From positions 64,001-128,000 of IMG/VR virus record IMGVR_UViG_3300025133_000022: 64,000 nucleotides of DNA; one strand, written 5' to 3'. The notes under the pieces were generated by a model. That model saw nothing but the letters and a program-made list of their open reading frames with translations. It was not told where the DNA came from and made no database searches. Made by a program: the position numbers and the translations under genes. This DNA comes from a virus. Every line of letters starts with the position of its first letter. Position 1 is the stretch's first letter. Positions 34,041 to 43,396 of this stretch are shown piece by piece.

Positions 34041-34072
34041 AGGGTCGGGTCCTACGGGACCCGGCCTTTTCT
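34041..34072 (+). terminator. Probable intrinsic terminator
   Basis: GGTCGGGTCC-TAC-GGGACCCGGCC then TTTT. Confidence 0.7.
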
Positions 34073-34128
34073 AATTAAGAAATCAAATGGAGCAACACTC
34101 TGAACCCATTCAGCCATCAGGAATCTAA

Positions 34129-34452
34129 ATGACACATAGCATGTATATTAAGACTAAAAACTATTCCAAATGCAAAATCGTTTACGAAATCCACAGTCAC
34201 TACATCAAATTCGACATCCAAGAAACAACCAACGACACTTGGAAGACAGTCATCAAAGGCAGTATCAAGTGGGATGGCTGCAGCAACTTTAAATACAAAG
34301 ACACCACTCATTACTGCGGCTTCGCAGAAGCTCAACACTGGCTGGACATTCTACACTGCTGTTACTACATCTGTGAACAGGAGATGCCTGGCTGGGATAG
34401 TCTGGGCGAAGAATCCAGCTGGCCAGAAGGATACAAACGACATGACGCTTGA
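34129..34452 (+). CDS. Hypothetical protein
   Basis: ORF track; IKWDGCSN. Confidence 0.6.
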   Translation: MTHSMYIKTKNYSKCKIVYEIHSHYIKFDIQETTNDTWKTVIKGSIKWDGCSNFKYKDTTHYCGFAEAQHWLDILHCCYYICEQEMPGWDSLGEESSWPEGYKRHDA

Positions 34453-34732
34453 TGAATTGCAAATTGTAGCAGATACAGCATGGATTACGCTGGGACCCGA
34501 TGGCTTTGGAGTCGTAGTTGCTAACGAGCCTTTGCTTGATGGGTTTAGAGTTGAGGTGACTGGTTTCGAAGGAAGTACTATGTACCACTTCTCAGAAACA
34601 GTGTCACGATACAAAATAGAACAACGACGAGGGAACACTCGTTACAATTACATTCGAGAAACAGTAGCTCGCATTCGCAAAGCTATTACTGATCTACGAA
34701 CATCCCAGATCTTACAAAATCTGGGAGAATAA
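34442..34732 (+). CDS. Hypothetical protein
   Basis: Start re-called to MTLDELQ. Confidence 0.55.
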   Translation: MTLDELQIVADTAWITLGPDGFGVVVANEPLLDGFRVEVTGFEGSTMYHFSETVSRYKIEQRRGNTRYNYIRETVARIRKAITDLRTSQILQNLGE

Positions 34733-34763
34733 TCGCCGGCGGGCAGTAAACGCAAGGAGAAGC

Positions 34764-35051
34764 ATGACTGAAGAGCAAATTGATATCATCATTCGTACGC
34801 TAACTTCCTCTCTTCCTGACATGAATTACACTGTCGCATTTGACCTTGGCGACCAAATGCTAGCTGTAGCTGTTTGTGCTAGACACAAAGACACTATCTA
34901 CATGGTCACAGACCAATCGTCACGCATGAGAATCAGAGCAGAACACAGCAACAGAATTCAAGCATATGTAAACCACCTTACACAGGTAGTAACAGAACTT
35001 TACAAAGAGCTGGCAGAACAAATTATACTAGAGGGCAGCCACAATGAGTAA
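34764..35051 (+). CDS. Hypothetical protein
   Basis: AAGGAG RBS. Confidence 0.65.
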   Translation: MTEEQIDIIIRTLTSSLPDMNYTVAFDLGDQMLAVAVCARHKDTIYMVTDQSSRMRIRAEHSNRIQAYVNHLTQVVTELYKELAEQIILEGSHNE

Positions 35052-35274
35052 CTGGAACAACGACTCAACCAAAGACGAACTGCAAGCCGAACTTGTCCGA
35101 CTAGAAAGACTGCACGAACGAAACAGATCCAAGTACCTAGAACTGCAAGCCAAAGTTAAGAAATTACAAGCAGAAAACAAAGAACTCAAAACCAAACTAG
35201 GCAAAGAGCAAGACGCCAATCTCGATAAAAGCACCCTGCATTTTTCGGATCTGTTTGGAGGTTTTAAATTTTGA
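35044..35274 (+). CDS. Coiled-coil hypothetical protein
   Basis: ORF track; overlapping start and stop. Confidence 0.6.
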   Translation: MSNWNNDSTKDELQAELVRLERLHERNRSKYLELQAKVKKLQAENKELKTKLGKEQDANLDKSTLHFSDLFGGFKF

Positions 35275-36599
35275 GCAACTTCGTACACTTGCACATGCAC
35301 ACCGAATACAGCACACTCGATGGCATCAACAGGATTGAAACTCTGCCCGACCACATCATAAGCTTGGGTCAGAAAGCCGTGGCTATCACAGACCACGGCA
35401 ACATCAGCGGCAGCTACAAATTTGCCAAGAGCTGTAGAGCCAAGGGCATCAAGCCTATCATTGGCCTAGAAGCCTATTACACTCCACATGACGCAGCAGT
35501 GCGCGAACTAGACGATCTGGGAAAGAGGTACTATCACATGGTGCTCCTGGCCAAGAACGGAGTAGGCTTGAAGAACCTCCGATGGCTAAGCACCAAGGCG
35601 TTTACTCAGGGCTTCTACGCGAAGCCACGATTGGACGATCGCATCATTGCTGATCACTCAGAAGGCATCATTGCTACAAGCGCATGCCTGGGAAGTAGGA
35701 TCAGTCAGCTGATTCTAAACGACCGTAAGGTCGAAGCAGAAAAAATGCTACTGCACCACAATGCGATATTTAAAGACAGCTTCTTCATCGAAGTACAGTT
35801 ACACCCCATGGGTGAGCAACAGCTAGTCAACCAAGTGTTGTTAGACATTGCGAAGAGGCACAGTCTGCCGCTCATCCTTACAAACGACTGCCACTACACT
35901 CACGAGCAAGACAAACTGCTGCACGAAAAGGCACTATGCATGAGTACTAATGCCAAAATGAGTGATCCACCATGGGACCCTGAACGCAAAGCCAAGGGTC
36001 TTACTGGAAAGACCCGATTTAGTTTCGGGCCCATCGATGTACATGTAGCACACCATGACTGGATGTGGAAACATGCACAAGCTCAAGGAATTCCCTATGA
36101 AGCAATTAGTAACACTGCTGCAGTGGCAGACAGTATCCGTGATGATCAATACTTCATGGATATTCGTAACAGATATCCCCGCTATCAGCATGTTGACACT
36201 GGGGAAACTAGCTGGAACGCTTTAGAGTACTTAGCAAAAGAACTTCTTTGGAAAAAAATGAACGGTCAAGTACCAGAAGTCTATCGAAATCGCATGGATC
36301 ATGAACTTGGAATCATTAAAAAAATGGGGTTCTCTGACTATTTGCTTATTGTTCATCAATTTTTAGAAGGGGCTCGGAAAGAAGATGTCTTTATTGGTCC
36401 AGGTCGAGGTAGTGCTGCCGGAAGTCTAGTCAGCTACGCACTGGGTATCACCCAAGTGGATCCAATCAAATACGGACTTGTATTTGAACGTTGGCTTAAC
36501 TACGGTCGTGCTGCTCAGCCAATTTTATTTGACCAACACATGGTGCAGCAAATCAAGAGCATGACACCTGTAAAAGCGCCATGCTCTCATAGTCATTAA
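35271..36599 (+). CDS. dnaE: DNA polymerase III alpha, N-terminal fragment (PHP domain to pre-catalytic region)
   Basis: FVHLHMHTEYSTLDG; AITDHGN; GLEAY; TNDCHY; GPGRGSAAGSLVSYALGITQVDP...FERWLN. Confidence 0.9.
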   Translation: MSNFVHLHMHTEYSTLDGINRIETLPDHIISLGQKAVAITDHGNISGSYKFAKSCRAKGIKPIIGLEAYYTPHDAAVRELDDLGKRYYHMVLLAKNGVGLKNLRWLSTKAFTQGFYAKPRLDDRIIADHSEGIIATSACLGSRISQLILNDRKVEAEKMLLHHNAIFKDSFFIEVQLHPMGEQQLVNQVLLDIAKRHSLPLILTNDCHYTHEQDKLLHEKALCMSTNAKMSDPPWDPERKAKGLTGKTRFSFGPIDVHVAHHDWMWKHAQAQGIPYEAISNTAAVADSIRDDQYFMDIRNRYPRYQHVDTGETSWNALEYLAKELLWKKMNGQVPEVYRNRMDHELGIIKKMGFSDYLLIVHQFLEGARKEDVFIGPGRGSAAGSLVSYALGITQVDPIKYGLVFERWLNYGRAAQPILFDQHMVQQIKSMTPVKAPCSHSH

Positions 36600-37318
36600 G
36601 TAGGTATGGCAACCCAGCCATCTCGTACAGTGAAAGTGACACTCTTTACATAGCCTGAATTGTCATGAAACATAACTCTTGCATCATTGGGAGCAGTTAT
36701 GCTTCCGATGCTTAAGCTCATTGTCTCCTGGCTTAATATATTCTCATCGGAATCAAGAAGGCATGCCATCACGGAAACTTCTGCTGCAGAATCTACATAC
36801 CAGTAGACTAGCAATGCAGAAGGCTCCGTGCTTTGTTCGTCATCCCCACCGGAGCCAACATTACCGACACCACTGGTAATCGAGGCTTCCCAGTCACCTC
36901 CACTGTGTTTGAAAGCCCAAGCGTTAACCCAGGTCGTGCTAAACTTTAAACCTATCCCAATGGCGGCATTAGACCATGTCCCAGTAATATCACTTAAATT
37001 CAATCTAGTGATGTACATAAACTGATCAGCATCCCAAGTGCCGTCAACACCTGGGTCAAGCTGCACGGCTAAACTTTGACTTGAAAGAACTGAGTGTGCT
37101 GTAGCGTTTGTGGTCAGGGTATTCGAAGTACCGAGACTGCTACTATCAAGTGCCCCTTGGGTATCGGTGATAGTGTTGCCAACAAGATCTCTGTTTGAAA
37201 GAGTGGCCGCTGGGCTTCCACCCCCGCCAGAAGCAGTAGTATCATTAAGAGCCTCTCCTGAGAGAGGCCCTCCACCAGTTACTGTAACTTGTACCTTACT
37301 ATTGGTTGGACCCGACAT
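36596..37318 (-). CDS. Hypothetical Gly/Ser/Thr-rich beta protein (virion-like)
   Basis: 240-aa ORF; composition like a fibre or lectin module. Confidence 0.6.
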   Translation of the reverse strand: MSGPTNSKVQVTVTGGGPLSGEALNDTTASGGGGSPAATLSNRDLVGNTITDTQGALDSSSLGTSNTLTTNATAHSVLSSQSLAVQLDPGVDGTWDADQFMYITRLNLSDITGTWSNAAIGIGLKFSTTWVNAWAFKHSGGDWEASITSGVGNVGSGGDDEQSTEPSALLVYWYVDSAAEVSVMACLLDSDENILSQETMSLSIGSITAPNDARVMFHDNSGYVKSVTFTVRDGWVAIPT

Positions 37319-37321
37319 GCA

Positions 37322-37729
37322 TCACCAACAAACGATAGTGATCGTACTGCCAGAACTCAGACTTAAGGCATCAATTTGCAAACTAGCAACATTTAAACCT
37401 TCTGCAGTCTCAAGAACAGTACTCCCAGTGCTTTGATAACTAGGAAAGCCACCAGCCCAAATCTCAATAATAGGGTTGTTGTAGATCCCATACATTTGAT
37501 CAGTCTTGCTAAAAGCTTCATCAGCTCGACGCTTCTTATGAATGCGTTGGAGATTGTTCAGCGTGTAGTCAATTGTGTCGGCAGCATCTGTCATGATGAA
37601 TTGTAGACGCCTTGCTGGGCGTCCAAGAACATTGGTGAAATCAATTTGATCACCAGCAGCAACTGCAGTAATCTCAGCACTTCGCTGAGAGCTTGGAATA
37701 GATTTGGAAACAGGCGTATAAGTTGCCAT
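37322..37729 (-). CDS. Hypothetical protein (virion-like)
   Basis: AAGGAG RBS on the - strand; 135 aa. Confidence 0.7.
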   Translation of the reverse strand: MATYTPVSKSIPSSQRSAEITAVAAGDQIDFTNVLGRPARRLQFIMTDAADTIDYTLNNLQRIHKKRRADEAFSKTDQMYGIYNNPIIEIWAGGFPSYQSTGSTVLETAEGLNVASLQIDALSLSSGSTITIVCW

Positions 37730-37740
37730 CGTAAAACTCC

Positions 37741-38235
37741 TTAAGGATTGTTAATGATTAGTGGTGCGGAATCATAATGCACATCAACAAAACCAACTGG
37801 AGTCCCAGTCATTTTCGCTGTTGCTTGCAAAAAGAAATAATCGCCAGCTTCAGTAAGCCGCGCATCTTCACTTGTAAATGAAAAATTGGCAAAACCGCCA
37901 TCGCCAGCACCACCTGCAAGAGTACAGGTAGCAATACGAACAAATGCAGCATTGCGAAAGCGATATATTTCAAGATCATACTGCCCACCACTGCCATCGC
38001 TCATTAAATGAAAGTGAATGCTAGACATACGAAGAGCACTATCGACTCCAACACGGCCATAATTCGCAGCAGCAGCCCAGCTAAAAGTATTTGGTTGCCC
38101 AAGGACCGAATCTTTATCAACAGGATCGTTAAACCATTCAACCCCAGGCTGATAGGCAAGGGCAGTCATACTAAAACGAAGCTCACCAATAGTGTTTCCG
38201 TCAATAGTAATTCCTGTCATATAGTCAACAGGCAT
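37741..38235 (-). CDS. Hypothetical protein (virion-like)
   Basis: GGAG RBS on the - strand; 164 aa, beta-rich. Confidence 0.7.
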   Translation of the reverse strand: MPVDYMTGITIDGNTIGELRFSMTALAYQPGVEWFNDPVDKDSVLGQPNTFSWAAAANYGRVGVDSALRMSSIHFHLMSDGSGGQYDLEIYRFRNAAFVRIATCTLAGGAGDGGFANFSFTSEDARLTEAGDYFFLQATAKMTGTPVGFVDVHYDSAPLIINNP

Positions 38236-38295
38236 CGAAACTCCAAATTATATTTAATATTACCCACATCACCAACCGGGAGACCGAGCAAATCT

Positions 38296-39480
38296 ATGAA
38301 AAAACTAATTAACAAAATCAAAACCCACTATAACCAAAACCGATTGGCACTTGTCGATCAAGATTTTCTATCCTTTGAAGAAGATCTTAGCACAAATCAA
38401 GATCTAGAGCTAGTAGAACTAGCCCTAACACATAATCTCAAATTTGTAGAAAACCCAACCAATAGCATCATCTTGTACCTAACTGGTCTTACTGACCAGT
38501 TCGACAATGAGAAAGCTAGAGCTGACACGAGAGGTGGCTCTCCCCCTGACATTGACATCGACTTTGAAGCCCTTGGTAGAGACAAGGCGGTCGATTGGGT
38601 GGTTGAAGAGTGGGGGCGAAATCATGTTGCAAACATTATGACCCAAGGCACCTTTAAGCCCAAGAGTCTTACAAGAAGATTTTTCAAGATCACTGAGGGA
38701 GACCAAGAAGTCATGAGAGAAATCCTTCGAATGATCCCGCCCCCACACTTTGGCAAAGAACCAAAGTTAAAAGAAATCATTGAAGGTAACAAAGACAAGG
38801 GCTATGTAGCCCATCCAGAACTAGCTACTGCTCACAAGTACAAGGAATGGTATGAATTCACCAAGAAACTGGAAGGAATGGTTGCTAACTTTGGCATCCA
38901 CGCAGCTGGAATCGTTATCAGCGACTTCCCCATCCCAGACACCATTCCCTGCTGGAAAAACAGCAAGAGCGAATTCATTACCCAATACGACATGCACGAA
39001 GTTGAAGAACTAGGAAGCATCAAGTTTGACTTCCTGGTAATCAACAATCTAGACATCCTGAAAGAATGCGTACGACTTATTAAACTAAGACACAACATCG
39101 AATACGATATTTATAATGTGCCTGACGGAGATGAAAAGGCTTACGAACTCATGGCTCAAGGACTGCTAACCGGCGTCTTTCAAATGGAGACCAGTGGATC
39201 AGCCAAAAAACTGATCCAACGCATCAAGCCTACCAACTTAGAAGAACTTAGCGACATTAACGCATTGAATCGACCTGGACCAATGGAAGCAGGTCTAGAC
39301 GAAGCCTATGTAGTAAACAAGACCAATGGCTACGCTCCCAAGGACATGCCTCCTGCTCTTGCAGAAATTCTAAAAGGAACCTATTGGACTCTGGTGTATC
39401 AAGAGCAAATCATGCGACTGGTATCCGAACTGGCAGGATTCACGCTTCAAGAGGCAGATGACGTTAGACGAGCAATGGGT
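38296..39480 (+). CDS. dnaE: DNA polymerase III alpha, catalytic fragment, exon 1
   Basis: SPPDIDIDFE; GIHAAGIVIS; KFDFL; GVFQMET; NALNRPGP; LVYQEQIM; ADDVRRAMG. Start re-called to MKKLINK. Confidence 0.9.
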
Positions 39481-39508
39481 TGACAACACTTTAGCATAGC
39501 GCTATGGT
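39480..39508 (+). promoter_or_regulatory. sigma70-like promoter at the 5' splice site, probably driving the intron endonuclease
   Basis: TTGACA-17 nt-TATGGT, followed by the AAGGAG RBS of ORF 39529. Confidence 0.55.
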
Positions 39509-40545
39509 ACTTCATACAAGGAGTACTTATGCAAACCAAAATCACAGATGAAAAGAAGCTAGAAATTGCTCTAGCTTACCAGCAGGGTCAAAGTACAATA
39601 GAGATTGCAAACAACTACGGCTGCTCGACTACCATAGTTTACAGAGCTCTGAAACTGCTTGAGACTCCTAGGAGAACTGGTGGCCATCAGCCACCAAACT
39701 TCAAAGATACTTACTTTGACCAGATCAACACAGAGGAAAAAGCCTACTTCCTAGGCTTAATCATCGCAGACGGAAGCGTATGTCAGCCCTCCAGGGGCGG
39801 TCAAAAAATTTTCCAGTTGGAACTCCTTGAGCAAGACAACAAGCTCATTGCCCAACTCTGCCAAGAACTCCAATACCCTCTGTCCAGGATTAAAACTTAC
39901 CAGCGAACAGGCAGATCAGCTACAAGCAAAGTCTCAATTACCTCAAACCAACTAGCTAAAAGCCTAGCAAAATACGGAGTGGTTGCAGACAAAGCCCCTT
40001 GGACTGAACTACCCACAATAGACGCAAGCCTGATGAGACATGCTCTTAGAGGACTGTACGATGGCGATGGAAGTATTGCCAAGTACAGACTCGTACTGAC
40101 AGCAGGCAACACAGTGATTCTAAACCAAGTGCGTGACCATCTGATCAGCACCTTAAGCCTGAATCCAAAAGCCATTAGAATCTACAAAACAGGAGAAAGA
40201 GCCTGGGCTCTTTCTATCAACAGAAAGCTGGAAAGACAATCTGTGATGAAGCACCTCTACCAAGATGCTTCTGTCGCTATGCAAAGAAAAGCCCGCTGGC
40301 TGGGCAACCAGTCAGAATAACCATTCCGTGAATTCAGAGAAAGCCCAGAGGTGGGTAACCCTGAGCCAAGCTGTAGAGGAATCTACAGAAGGTGCAACGA
40401 CTAGTGAATACAATCCAGAACGGATTATGAATCACCACGAGCGCGGAACATCCCAAGCGGATGAAGATATAGTCTGAGCTACGCCAATAGCCTAAAAAGA
40501 AAGCGTAGAAGCTCAGGATAAAGAGCCTGAGCGATAACAACACTG
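39481..40545 (+). mobile_element. Group I intron in dnaE
   Basis: Exon ends in U; CCGTGAATTCAGAGAA, AACCCTGAGCCAAG, GTGCAACGACTA and AAGATATAGTCT core elements; terminal G 40545; splicing restores RRAMG|KKK. Confidence 0.9.
39529..40320 (+). CDS. Intron-encoded LAGLIDADG homing endonuclease with an N-terminal HTH
   Basis: AYFLGLIIADGS and ALRGLYDGDGSI motifs. Confidence 0.9.
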   Translation: MQTKITDEKKLEIALAYQQGQSTIEIANNYGCSTTIVYRALKLLETPRRTGGHQPPNFKDTYFDQINTEEKAYFLGLIIADGSVCQPSRGGQKIFQLELLEQDNKLIAQLCQELQYPLSRIKTYQRTGRSATSKVSITSNQLAKSLAKYGVVADKAPWTELPTIDASLMRHALRGLYDGDGSIAKYRLVLTAGNTVILNQVRDHLISTLSLNPKAIRIYKTGERAWALSINRKLERQSVMKHLYQDASVAMQRKARWLGNQSE

Positions 40546-41907
40546 AAAAAGAAAGTCTCCGTGCTGGAGAAGTACAGAGACCCCTTCATTAAAGGCTGTG
40601 TAGACCACAATATCAATAAGCAATATGCAGAAACTCTTTGGGACGACACTCTACTTGGTTTTGCTAACTATTGCTTTAACAAGTCCCACAGTCTGGCATA
40701 CAGCGTCATCACCTACCTTTGCGCTTTTTTCAAAGCACACTACCCTACTGAGTTCTTCACCTCGTTGATGACTATCCGATCTCAGGTGATGCAACCAAAA
40801 CTATGGGCGCAGAAAGCGCCCCAGTTCGTTAGCGAGGCCAAGAAGATGGGAGTACGTGTTCACGCACCCTACATCCAGAAGTCCAAACTTGGCTTCACCA
40901 TTGAAGACGATGAAATCTACTTTGGTCTCAATGCCATTAAGCAAGTAGGAGTAACAGCTTGCCGAAGCATTATTGCTGCAAGAAAGCGGGGAAACTTTAA
41001 AGACATCTGGGACTTTTTAGCTCGAGTCAACAGACAGAAAGTTACCACCAGAACCTTTGAGGCCCTGGTAAGAGCGGGTGCGTTCGACCGCATGGGTTAC
41101 CTACGGTCAGAACTACTCGAAAAGACTAAAGACATCTATTCATTCTTCAACAACAACATTGAATATGAAGAAAGAATCCAAAATCATAAAATTAGAGCAG
41201 CTGAAAATCAAAAAAAAGATGCACGCCGTACAGAAATTCAAAAAGAAATCAAGAATGCTAAAACACTTATCAAGCAAATGAAAAAAGAAAAGCTGAATGT
41301 GCCTGCATTTCTACAACATGCTGCCGACTATGACAAAAGATTAAGAAACGTAAGACAACAGATTCGTGCAACCGGGTTAAAGCCAGAAGAAACATTGTCA
41401 GGAAAAGACCTACAAGAGTATAACGAATCTTTGACTCTTCGAAAAAAACCAGAACTCAAGTTGAAAGACAAACCAATTCAGCCAGAGCTTACTAGAGTTA
41501 GAGCTGTAAAGATAAGCGTCGCAGAATTAATGGAACAAGCAGATTTCATTGGATGCTATCTTCATGACCATCCAGCTCCCGTCTTGTATCCAGATACTAC
41601 CCGCATTGCCAACGCACAACAAGGTGACTACCTAGGCATGGCAGGGCAAATTACCAACTGGAAGCAAATCAAAACCAGAAAGGGAGATGACATGGCTTTC
41701 GCCCAGATGGGCGACGGTACTGGTCTCGCAGAACTAATAATCTTTCCATATGTGTACAAAAGACTCAAAGCCAGTGGTAAACTACCAGAGCCAAGAGATA
41801 TTGTTCGGGTTAGATGTGAAGTAGAAACAGCTGGAAACGAAGATAGCGAAGAAAATGGTGAAATTAAAGTCATCGTTAAAGATATCGAAGTCTACCAGTC
41901 CAAATAG
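40546..41907 (+). CDS. dnaE: DNA polymerase III alpha, catalytic fragment, exon 2
   Basis: FANYCFNKSHSLAY; KAHYPTEFF; FGLNAIKQVG; LVRAGAFD; C-terminal OB fold (KTRKGDDMAF). Confidence 0.9.
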   Translation, partial: KKKVSVLEKYRDPFIKGCVDHNINKQYAETLWDDTLLGFANYCFNKSHSLAYSVITYLCAFFKAHYPTEFFTSLMTIRSQVMQPKLWAQKAPQFVSEAKKMGVRVHAPYIQKSKLGFTIEDDEIYFGLNAIKQVGVTACRSIIAARKRGNFKDIWDFLARVNRQKVTTRTFEALVRAGAFDRMGYLRSELLEKTKDIYSFFNNNIEYEERIQNHKIRAAENQKKDARRTEIQKEIKNAKTLIKQMKKEKLNVPAFLQHAADYDKRLRNVRQQIRATGLKPEETLSGKDLQEYNESLTLRKKPELKLKDKPIQPELTRVRAVKISVAELMEQADFIGCYLHDHPAPVLYPDTTRIANAQQGDYLGMAGQITNWKQIKTRKGDDMAFAQMGDGTGLAELIIFPYVYKRLKASGKLPEPRDIVRVRCEVETAGNEDSEENGEIKVIVKDIEVYQSK

Positions 41908-41915
41908 GAGAGAAA

Positions 41916-43019
41916 ATGAGTACATACAGATGGCGTCCGCAAGAAGAGCGTCTCCTTCAGACGCTCCTGCCTACGAATAGCTACAGGGAAATCTCTGAGC
42001 AGATCAACCGTAGGCACGACAAAGGAATCACCGGATTCCCATGTGAACGCACAGACGAAGCAGTAAGGAAGAAGTGTATCCGCGAAAGCTGGACTCCACA
42101 GTCCTGCACAGGCTTCAGTGAAGCAGACCCACATGACAAGCGCTGGGACCAGCTCCGAGAGATCCAAGAGCAGTACAAGGCCCAGGGCACAGAGAAGCTG
42201 CGAGGAGTAATCGGTGAAGACAAGATCACTACCAAGATCCTGTCTCTTAGTGACATCCACTTCCCGCTTGCACGTGAAGATCTCCTTGCGCAGATCGTCA
42301 GAACGCATGCAGATGCAGATGTAGTCGTAGTCAACGGTGACCTCATGGAGGGTTACATCTTCAGCACCTTTGCAAAGAATAGAAGTATTGCAGCACTAGA
42401 TGAATACCGTGCAGCATTCCTGTTCATCAAGATGCTGAGTGAACGTTTCCCCAAGGTCATTCTTGTAGACGGAAATCACGACATCAGAGCCGGTAGAGCT
42501 CTTAAGTCTGCAGGATTCGACAAGGACGCAAGTCAGATTCTACGTCCAAATCTGATGGCACGCCTTGCCAATGGCGAACTGCTCGATAAGAGTGGACTTC
42601 TCCTTGAAAAGTTGGATTTCAGTAATGTTATCTACGAACCCCGTGAGAGCTGGTTTGTAAAGGTCGGAAAGACCCTCTTCGTCCACCCTCATGGACGTGG
42701 CGGCAGCAAGCCAGGCCACACCGTAACGAATCATGGCGATAAGCTCATGAGACGATACGAAGACAACGAAGTTGATTCGGTAGTATGCGGTCACACGCAC
42801 AAAATCTACAAGGGCATCATCAATGGCAAGCTATACATCGAACAGGGATTCCTTGCTGGCATTCTAGCTTACTTGCACAGCCCCAAGAGCGACTCCCGCT
42901 TCAACTACCAAAATGGCTATGCAGTCATTTACCAGGACGCTGATGGAAACACAGATTTCAATCTCAGCGGCCCTGTCTACATGGGCGAAAGCCTACCGCC
43001 AAAAAAAGAAGCACTATAG
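41916..43019 (+). CDS. Calcineurin-like metallophosphoesterase
   Basis: LSDIHFP; VNGDLME; GNHD; FVHPH; CGHTH. Confidence 0.85.
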   Translation: MSTYRWRPQEERLLQTLLPTNSYREISEQINRRHDKGITGFPCERTDEAVRKKCIRESWTPQSCTGFSEADPHDKRWDQLREIQEQYKAQGTEKLRGVIGEDKITTKILSLSDIHFPLAREDLLAQIVRTHADADVVVVNGDLMEGYIFSTFAKNRSIAALDEYRAAFLFIKMLSERFPKVILVDGNHDIRAGRALKSAGFDKDASQILRPNLMARLANGELLDKSGLLLEKLDFSNVIYEPRESWFVKVGKTLFVHPHGRGGSKPGHTVTNHGDKLMRRYEDNEVDSVVCGHTHKIYKGIINGKLYIEQGFLAGILAYLHSPKSDSRFNYQNGYAVIYQDADGNTDFNLSGPVYMGESLPPKKEAL

Positions 43020-43021
43020 GA

Positions 43022-43396
43022 GTGAAAATGAGTAGAATTCTAGGACCTGATGGACAGCCTGTCAGGCCTCAACGACAAATTCCAGATGAAGTAATTATAC
43101 ATCATCTAGGAGACCATGATGGACGACTTAACGCACTAGCAGCCCAGTCTGTACATATGGGAATCATGGTAGAATATCTGGTTGAACAACTAGGTACTCT
43201 GTTACCAAATTTCGATCTTGACCCAGAAGAATTTGCAGAGTTTCGTAAACGCAGATTTGAAGAAATGCAAAACGAAGCAAAAGCAATTGAAGAAGCTCGA
43301 GCCAAAGCCGTTGCAGAGCAGGCTCAGAACCAAGCAGATTTTCCAGACTTGGATCTAGACGAAATTGATGACGGAGATATTAAACCTAATGGGTGA
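43022..43396 (+). CDS. Hypothetical acidic protein
   Basis: ORF track. Confidence 0.65.
   Translation: MKMSRILGPDGQPVRPQRQIPDEVIIHHLGDHDGRLNALAAQSVHMGIMVEYLVEQLGTLLPNFDLDPEEFAEFRKRRFEEMQNEAKAIEEARAKAVAEQAQNQADFPDLDLDEIDDGDIKPNG

Noticed and set aside
36500-38560. Split intein in dnaE
   Set aside because: No N-terminal Cys/Ser intein start after FERWLN, and no His-Asn/Asn before SPPDID.
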